A stretch of 63,995 bases of DNA, the filler included, from Licmophora abbreviata (taxonomy: Eukaryota): NCBI GenBank assembly GCA_900291995.1. It is 28 parts of 28 records of this genome, joined end to end, with 100 filler letters (N's around TTAATTAATTAA, not from the genome) between each part and the next. Parts side by side here need not be neighbours in the genome. Positions count along the whole stretch, not along the records: positions 52,980 to 56,216 come from OLMU01005493.1; positions 56,317 to 57,357 come from OLMU01005494.1; positions 57,458 to 59,021 come from OLMU01005495.1; positions 59,122 to 63,995 come from OLMU01005496.1; 24 more parts are not named here. One strand, given 5' to 3'. Shown here one piece after another: positions 56,172 to 63,995 of the stretch. The notes under the pieces were generated by a model. The model made no database searches. It was not told the DNA's origin and saw only the letters and a list, made by a program, of their open reading frames with translations. Each line of letters opens with the position of its first letter. Position 1 is the first letter of the stretch. The position numbers and the translations under genes are program-made.

Positions 56172-58755
56172 TTAGTCCTTCTCGATGTTCTCCAAAGGGA
56201 TCTCTGAGCTCTGGAANNNNNNNNNNNNNNNNNNNNNNNNNNNNNNNNNNNNNNNNNNNNTTAATTAATTAANNNNNNNNNNNNNNNNNNNNNNNNNNNN
56301 NNNNNNNNNNNNNNNNCTTCTCGATGTTCTCCAAAGGGATCTCTGAGCTCTGGAATCGGCCTCCGAGTACCCATTTGTTCAACGGAGTGACACTCGATCC
56401 AGAGGTAAAATACTTGAGGGTATTAAAGTAAATGAAATGCTTTTCGTGTACTGGCTCAGCCGTCGCCACCTGAAACTCCGTCCACTCCCATCGAGTAATC
56501 GTTGCCTCTGTAGTCAGGGTGACGCGACTGTAACTACTCATCGTGTCGACATCTTTGACCTCCACTTCCTTTTCTTCCCTAGCCTTGTCAGTCTTATCTG
56601 AGTTGACGACCAAGCGAAGAATTTCACCTACACCGTACTTTGGATTGGCGAGAGTGTCTCGAGCGATAGATTCCAGCTCATCATAGCTGGCTGAACTCAC
56701 AGCCTTGGGCATTCGCACAAAGGCGACTGCCATTTCAAGCTTGCGTTCGTACTCTTGTCTGGCCGCGCTGACATGTTCCTCGGCAGACCGAAACTCCTCA
56801 ATGCGATCCGGATTCTTCATGGTTGCAAAGACGACACCAGCTTGCACTGCTTCGAGCTCTTGGTCAAGGCGGTTCAGTTGAAAGTGGGAGCCCCGATCGC
56901 CCAGGAACGCATTGGCCTGGTCGTTGCGGTCACTCGGATCAAGCTTGTCAAACCATTGTAACGTGAAATCCAAGTGAGAGAGTTTCTGGTCCAACACGGC
57001 TCCAATCTGCTGTGATTCTCCATCCAGGGTCTGACGCTTATATGGCAACTGACACCGAATATTGCTGATCATATTCTTGTCCTCGACGCCACCTGGTAGG
57101 TAGGCGTCCGAGCTAATCTTTTCGACTCTTGCCAAGTACCCATCTGCCTGTTGTTCCCACTGGGCTGCCTTCTTGTAGAATTCTGAGAGCGAGTTTGCCG
57201 TGTATGGCTGTTTGGGGGCCTTTGGAGTTGAGAGTTGGACGAAGCTATTCATTTCACGGAGTTCTCCTTGCACATTTTCAAACTCTGTGGTGGCAGTTCT
57301 CGCTTCTGCCTTGTACAACTCTATTGTCTCTCGAATCGATTGCAAGGATGCAACCAGNNNNNNNNNNNNNNNNNNNNNNNNNNNNNNNNNNNNNNNNNNN
57401 NTTAATTAATTAANNNNNNNNNNNNNNNNNNNNNNNNNNNNNNNNNNNNNNNNNNNNCAAGTACCCATCTGCCTGTTGTTCCCACTGGGCTGCCTTCTTG
57501 TAGAATTCTGAGAGCGAGTTTGCCGTGTATGGCTGTTTGGGGGCCTTTGGAGTTGAGAGTTGGACGAAGCTATTCATTTCACGGAGTTCTCCTTGCACAT
57601 TTTCAAACTCTGCGGTGGCAGTTCTCGCTTCTACCTTGTACAACTCAATTGTCTCTCGAATCGATTGCAAGGCTGCAACCAGCATAATAACTTCGGGATC
57701 TGATTCGTACGCAGACGCAAGTGGCACTTGCTGCGCACCGAGACGGCGAAGAACAGCCTCTTGTTCCTCGGCATAGGAAGGGTTCTGAAAAGACTTTGAT
57801 CCGGCCTGCTCAATAGATCTCTTCGCATTGTCGATGTCTTTCTTTGCCTTGAGAATCTGAGCAGCCTTCTTTTGGGCCGTTCCTTCGTGATGGGCCGCAT
57901 CCACTGCCGCCCTGTAAGACTCTAGGGCAACCTGCGCATGCACCACATCGACGTCTCCGTCAAACTTTTCGTACTTTTGAAGCGACTCCTCCATCCTCTG
58001 GAGGCCTGACGTGAGGCCCTCCAAGTAAGATGGATCGTCAAAGCGTCTGCGATCCATCCTGCCCTGCGCCGATTCGAGATCGCGTTTCATCTTTTGCACA
58101 CGACTGCGCTCCTGTGCAATCATACTGTCAGCCTCCGGGGCGGACGATGCTGTGGCAGGAGGTACATAGACACCACCCGCGGTTCTAGTAGATTCAGATG
58201 GATTCAGAGCCTCTTGGAATGCATCGAGTGCCATTTTCACTTGCTCGACACTAGGATCGTCCGCAAACGGCGAAAAGGCCTCCCACTGAGTGGCAAATCG
58301 CGCGGCACTCGTCTCCATGCGGTCACGATACGTATCATCCTGTCGGAGCCGTTCTGCTCCATCGCGGTTCAAAGTCTGCATGGCAAAGGCAATGTCACGT
58401 TCCAGTTTCTGAATTCGAACGCGGTCGGAAGAAATCATTTCGCGTTTCGTGGGTGATGGCGTCGGGTGGGGAGTACGTAAAGTGGGAGTAGTTACTGGCT
58501 TCTGGTGGGAGGTTTCGAGGCTCCACCACCGCCATCTTGCTGTAAGCGAGCACGGAGGGCATGGAGTCGTTCCGAGGCCTCCTTCCAGCTCGGATCGTCC
58601 GGATGGGTCGACTTGGCAAGGCGATCTTCGGTGAGAGAGAGCATGTTGAGCGTGCGCTTGACCGTGGCCGCATTGGAAAAGTTCTGATTTTCGTAGCGGT
58701 TCAGATCGGACAAGACGACGGCGATATTACTATCGGCGGGCTTGACAGACGACAT
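56172..58755 (-). CDS. Large alpha-helical repeat protein with a beta-rich C-terminal domain; spans two gaps; apparent frameshift near 58505
   Basis: ORFs 58492-58755, 57410-58438 and 56269-57345 are collinear. Overlapping contig ends supply the stop at 56172-56174 (…ENIEKD*). Confidence 0.7.
57132..57682. repeat. About 225-bp near-identical duplication flanking the linker (57132-57357 vs 57458-57682)
   Basis: Same sequence on both sides with about four substitutions (e.g. tctgtggtg/tctgcggtg, tctgccttg/tctaccttg). Confidence 0.9.
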
Positions 58756-59278
58756 GGCGGAGGGATATGATGCTTTGAATGGATTAAAATAAGCGATTGG
58801 GATGAACGATGTGGCCGATGGCGAGATCCAAGATTAGATTTTGGATGACACCCTCATGTCACCGATGCAAGAAAGGAATCTCGGCCCAAAGCGGTTTCCC
58901 GCCAAAGCTTTGATCCATTCGACTAGCCGATCACTCAAAACGCATGCGCGCTCCCCCCGGCGCGCGAAAGATCCCTCCGCAAAACTCTCACGACAATGGC
59001 GGCGACGCGATGAGTCAGTATNNNNNNNNNNNNNNNNNNNNNNNNNNNNNNNNNNNNNNNNNNNNTTAATTAATTAANNNNNNNNNNNNNNNNNNNNNNN
59101 NNNNNNNNNNNNNNNNNNNNNAAAACTCTCACGACAATGGCGGCGACGCGATGAGTCAGTATGACCGGCATTTCCTTTCTGAACTACTTGGTCCTTTTCG
59201 CTCGCCTGCGGTTGTGAGACANAAGTTTGCAGAGTCCTCAAGAGAATGCAACTTGCGAGCAGTAGTAACGTCAGTGGG

Positions 59279-60473
59279 ATGTCTGTTCGAAAAGGAAGTT
59301 TCAGCACTACTACTACTACTACTAGCCTCTTGCTGACTACGATGCTTATTGCTGTCTCATCGACCTTCCTAGTGGGTGTATCGAGAGCCTTTGTGACCAG
59401 CAGTCCTACTGCATGTCGCCGTTTCTCCACATTGTCCATGACGGCAGCGTCTTCGTCCCCTACTATGAAAAAGGGTAAACTCCTCGTCTTGGGAGGGACA
59501 GGTAAGTGAAGAATTACAAGAACTCTAAAAAGTTAAACCTGCATACGTCGCTACGTGCGCTGACGCCGTTGGAACACACGCCCTACTATATGCTTAGGTT
59601 TCCTTGGACAGATGGTATGCAAGCGAGCCGTTCTGGAAGGTTATGCCGTCACGAGTTTGTCCAGGCGGGGTGTCGTATCCGATACAGACGAAGAAGGTAG
59701 AAATAGTGCCACATCGAAGGCGATTGACTATCGACGGGGTGATGCACGCAAGGCAGACACGGTCTCAAGTATACTACAGGAGGGAGGATATACAGGTACT
59801 ATGAATGTTTACCGGAAGTGTGAAGTGATGCCTTACTGCGTTCCATCTTTTTGTTGTTCTTAACACCATGCATCATCACTGACCGCACTTGATTTCTTGT
59901 GCAACAGGGGTCATTCATTGCGTTGGACTGCTGTTTGATCAGACCAGTGGACTGGGCGATTACAATCGATTCGTAAGTGGTTCTGCATCTGTCCCTGATC
60001 AGGAGTCCACGTACGATACGATTACGAGACAAACGGCCTTTTATGCAATCGATGCTGCGATCCAGTACGCCCAAGAGAATGACATGGAGGAATTCCCATT
60101 TGTTTTTACGTCCGCTGCCGAAGCGGGGTGGCCGGATATGAAAGGAGGTGGTTTAGTGGAACAGTATCTTGCGCCCGACTGGTTGAGACGGTATTTGGAG
60201 GCCAAACGAACCGTGGAGCAAAAACTACTGGCCAGTGCTCCCACCCTTCGTCCCATTATTGTACGACCCTCACTGATTTACAGTCTGGATCGACCGAGCA
60301 GTTATGCTCCTGTGGGGGCCTTTTTCGTTGGCAACAAGCTGGGATTGCCCTTTGTGGATCGTCCCGTCACGGTGCAAGCGTTGAGTTCGGCCATGGTGCG
60401 GGCCATGAATACGACTAAAACAGACATTCGTGGAGTGCAGCGGTATACGGAGATCGATGCATTGAGCCAATAG
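59279..60473 (+). CDS. Plastid-targeted atypical SDR / NAD(P)-binding Rossmann-fold protein (introns 59502-59597, 59796-59907)
   Basis: Signal peptide ending VSRAF; spliced LLVLGGTGFLG; SLSRRG; VIHCVG; FTSAA; Y..AKR..E; IVRPSLIYS. Confidence 0.85.
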
Positions 60474-60557
60474 AGCGACAACCGTACGTGATGCATGGAA
60501 TACAAATAATAAGCTAGCATGCACATCGGCTAAAGCATTACAGTATAGGAGACTTAT

Positions 60558-61329
60558 TCAGGCTTTCAAAGACAGGTCTCCTTCCTCCTCTCCGGGGTGG
60601 TTCTCTTGTCTCGGCTGTTTTTCTGGTGAAATCGACCAAGGCTCACTGTTTCGTCGGGGGCGTTTGTTGCTGGACATTCTACTACCTGTATCTGGTGGCG
60701 AGCCTGAGCGCTTCAGCGAGTGAACAGATGGAGAACTGGAATGCCCCCACATAGTACCTTGCTGTGTGGTCGAGGCACTCTGCTCCGCAGCGTCTTCTTC
60801 CGATGGTAAAGAGCTGAGCCAGGACTCGATCGATGGGATCCCCTGTTGATCCAACAAGCTTTGTGATAGCGAGCCTGCTTGAGTGGATGTTGGTTGCAAA
60901 TAGGAAGAAAGTGGCGATAGGCCAAACATTGTGGGGACCTTTGAATTGCGTCTGCCGAACCGTCTCCTTGGAGGCTGCATGCTCATGTCTAGGACAGGAA
61001 GTGTCCTCGGCAAGGGTAAGGGCGGCGGTGGAGAAGGAGATGGAGCCGGTTCGGAAGCTATAAGTTCCGTGTCCCCTTCGCCCCCTTGCTTGGCTATTTC
61101 GTCGTCAGTAAAGCCAGCTTCCACGGGCTTTGCTTGCTTGTCGGTGTCGTCCACGGCGTCACTCAGCTTGTCGGATTTCTCTTCCCGCACCGGAATTGCC
61201 AGTGACAGCTCTTTCGGAGGCGACAGCTTGACCCTGATTCTCTCATTATCATTTGGCTCTTCGTGAATCGAAAGGTTTTGGTTGATGCTCATCATAAGGG
61301 TTTCTTTTCGGACAGAAAGTGGCGCCATC
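60558..61329 (-). CDS. Low-complexity Pro/Ser-rich hypothetical protein
   Basis: Long ORF with a poly-Pro tract and RRRFGRRNSK / RPRRNS basic motifs. No domain recognised. Confidence 0.55.
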
Positions 61330-61651
61330 ACGATGTTGAATGGTGTTGACCACAAGGTGAGAATCAAAAAGTGACGAGACTTGGCAAGATTGGGGCAACG
61401 AGACATCATTAGGAGTGTCACGCGAGAAGCTGGACCATGTGGGTCGTTAAGTGAGGCCTTTAATATACTTTAGATAGCTTAATATTATATGATAATGACC
61501 CTAAAAAGGAATGACTCAGAATAGTGTTTGACCATAAGTAAGTGGGTCATAGTATGGTTGCGAGCTAAATTCTTCGGTATCTTTTTAGTCGGGGCACGGA
61601 TCGATGGATCTTCGAGCCCATCCGTCCAACATAAGCCGTTTGGAATCAACC

Positions 61652-62543
61652 ATGACGTGCGTCTGCTTGCGGCCGCCGCCATTTTTTCGCATCGCCTCTT
61701 CTGGAATCTTTCGGTCTTCCACAAGCAGCTCAGAACTGTTCCAGGACAAAGCGTTCCTTTGGGCCCGAGAAAACCAATCCATAGCTCGAGCTTGCATGTC
61801 CGCGCCCCTCGACCTCACTGGACACCTTCCTGAATCAAGTCGTCAATCATCCACTCGGACGTTTGAAGACTTTTGGAGAATACGAAACTGGAATTTTTCA
61901 AATTTGACGTACGAGGGAGAGGAATGTGCCAAGCGACTCGTGAGCCACGTGTTGTCTGCTCCCCTGACTCTCGCCCGGTTTGCTGCGACGGCGCCGCCTA
62001 GCAGCAGAACAGGTGGCTCACAACAACGACGACTCTGTTGTGTCGGCGCTCGGTCCGAGGCAACGCTGCCCTCTCAGTTCTGGAGAGAGGTGTTGTTTAC
62101 TGTACCGCAACACAAAGGATATACTGTTGACTTTGTGGGGCCCGATGTTGTGTCGTCACAACCTCCAGTAGACCTGTCGTGGTTGGAAAAGTGCCTTCGA
62201 TTGCAGTGGCTGCATGCGGGCTACTTGCATGATCTTGACTCTAAGCCCCAGTGGGACGGATTCGTGTTGTTCAATCCAGGTCTGGGACACTCGAACCTAA
62301 AAGAAAATTGGATGCCGACTCTGGAATACTTGCTTGAATCAAACAACGCCGCTACTTTTTACGGCACATTCAGAACAGGACGCGGAACGCGATCAGCGTC
62401 TGCTGAACTCCCTTACTTCCTCAGCCGTCTCGTACCAGCCCAATCCCTTGGCAAGTCGCATCACCTACCAGGATCCTCTAGCTACTGCCCGAGATACACA
62501 GTATGTTCGACCCAATCAATATGTCTGCTCGATACCAGCATAG
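61652..62543 (+). CDS. MSS51-like C-terminal-domain protein; apparent frameshift near 62345
   Basis: SHVLSAPLTL, CVGARSEATLP..FW.E, DFVGPDV, FVLFNPGLGH...WMPTL. The second frame has LLFTAHSEQDAERD...YQPNPLAS...N.Y. Confidence 0.75.
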
Positions 62544-62604
62544 CCAGGAAGAACAGCACGACTACAACCGGTACACAAACAAAGCATGTCGTCGTAACCT
62601 CTAG

Positions 62605-63832
62605 CTAGATAGTGGTTGGAATTTCCTTGAGCAGCCAAAATCCCGCTGGATCTTCGTCTTCATCTGTCTGAACACTGACAAAGTGCAATCCATTCAAAGC
62701 ATCCTTTCCTTCTTCGAACGCCGCAGCCTCTTGTCGTTGCACATCGTTCAATTTCGCCATGAGGTACTGAGTATCAATGTCTGTTTCCATCACGACCGTT
62801 CGTTTCCGTAGGTCCGCGGACAGTTCGACCACTTCCGTCCCTGCTAGCCAACTCGCAAGTGCCTTGGCACGATTCGTCAAAATAACCACGCCTTGCACAA
62901 AGGAATCTGCAGGCAAATCACTGTCGACGGGACAGAGTCGGCCTACGCCAATGTTAGACTTGTCGATGCTACCACCCTCCAAGAATTCTGCCAGGGGCAA
63001 ACCGACAAAGGCATACTTTTCTCCGCGAAGGGCATCGGGGAGTTTGACGGGTGTTCGGATGTCCAAGAACGACGGACCACCGCTTCCCACCATTGTGGCT
63101 TTGTAACTAGGAAAGAATGCAAATGGCGTCGTGCGCATGTGAGAAAGTTGCTACAACAAGGCGTCAACAAACGTCTACTTCTTCTTCTTCCTTACCCTTC
63201 CATGTTTGGATAGACATTCTGATGTCTTTCTTCCAGCCACTGCGCTAACGCAAAGGTACAACGAGAGGGTCGTCCTACTACCTCCAGTTCCGACAAGGCA
63301 ATGTTGATCTGGGGCAAACGAGACGACAATTGAACGGTGCTGACATGTCAGTTTTCCTCCTCCATCCAATAGTAGTACGTCGTACAAATTTCACCACGTT
63401 GCGTACCATATTAAACATGGCTCCACGAAAAAATCGAACGGTGCTGGGCTTGACCTCGGCCTGTTCCATTACGTCTTCCACGACCTTCCGCAGCTCCCGC
63501 GAATTGACTTGATTGCTCGGCAGCGTCTTGAGGTACCGAAAGCTGCCGGTCGAGTCTGTCAAGAGGACTTCCCACAGTTTCTTGCCTCCCACCATGACGG
63601 GACGAGAATAACAGTCGAGTTCCCATTCGTCTGAGGGTGGATTGGAGGTCTTGGTGAGTTCCTCTGACGAAGCGGACGGGGTCGAAGAGAGTGCTAGTCG
63701 ACTGATCATGCCGCGGGATACTGATGCTGCTGCGGCTCGTGGATGGCAAGGGGAAAATGCGGAAATTGGGCCAACAGAAAGCGTCATCAGCGCTACCCAC
63801 CACAGCTTTACTACTTTTATAGAATAAGGCAT
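62605..63832 (-). CDS. TAB2: Plastid RNA-binding protein Tab2/ATAB2 (DUF1092); introns 63107-63195 and 63309-63406
   Basis: Bipartite presequence ending ISAF; EWELDCYSRPV..GKKLWEVLL, VNSRELR, RFFR.AMFNMINIAL, PSRCTFAL..WLEER, LPDALRGEKYAFV, GLHF.SVQ...AGFWLL. Confidence 0.92.
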
Positions 63833-63995
63833 ACTTGCGTAGCTTGGGGACGGCAGAGAATAGACTAATGAGTGAAGAGAACGGCCGCTGTCGAACCCAT
63901 GGGCAGTCTCCATCAGTCTCAGATCTGGACGTTGTGTGGAGGCGCGCGCGGTTGGATGCATTTCAGAGGGAATCTTGGAACTTCAACTTACTTGC

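Noticed and set aside
1196..59121. Regularly recurring TTAATTAATTAA palindrome flanked by N runs, superficially like a repeat array or CRISPR
   Set aside because: Fixed 100-nt six-frame-stop linker inserted by the assembly pipeline; not biological.
1..63995. Prokaryotic, viral or organellar origin; rRNA or tRNA genes
   Set aside because: Spliceosomal introns, eukaryote-specific genes (SGT1, DHX37, SIL1) and bipartite targeting peptides indicate a nuclear genome. No structural-RNA signatures were recognised.

Overview
Eukaryotic nuclear DNA, most likely a diatom (secondary-plastid stramenopile). Evidence: dense genes, short 70-120 nt GT-AG introns, bipartite plastid presequences with ASAF-like cleavage motifs, and diatom-typical families (SET, Ysc84, M6 peptidase, alpha-kinase). 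The window is a fragmented draft. There are 27 artificial 100-nt linkers (44 N + TTAATTAATTAA + 44 N), several contig ends overlap, and at least five genes carry apparent small-indel frameshifts. About 38 coding regions can be supported, including L-LDH, SGT1, a WW-PP2C, RhaM, ferredoxin, MFS, DHX37, M23 peptidase, SIL1, GMC oxidoreductase, HSD17B10-like SDR, CTR, NHE, GT92, Tab2 and MSS51-like. The most striking item is an intron-containing sugar-phosphate cyclase at 1-1459. It carries motifs diagnostic of 2-deoxy-scyllo-inosose synthase (BtrC-type, the first enzyme of 2-deoxystreptamine aminoglycoside biosynthesis) rather than dehydroquinate synthase. Other notable items are an M6 protease followed by tandem malectin-like domains, a membrane-anchored M23 peptidase, and a 49-59 kb block holding a U-box/FYVE protein, a RING/IBR-like fragment, a DUF4258-like/vWA/alpha-kinase and a helical-repeat protein. 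No rRNA, tRNA, CRISPR array or clear transposon was seen. All family calls come from motif recognition by eye; no database search was run.
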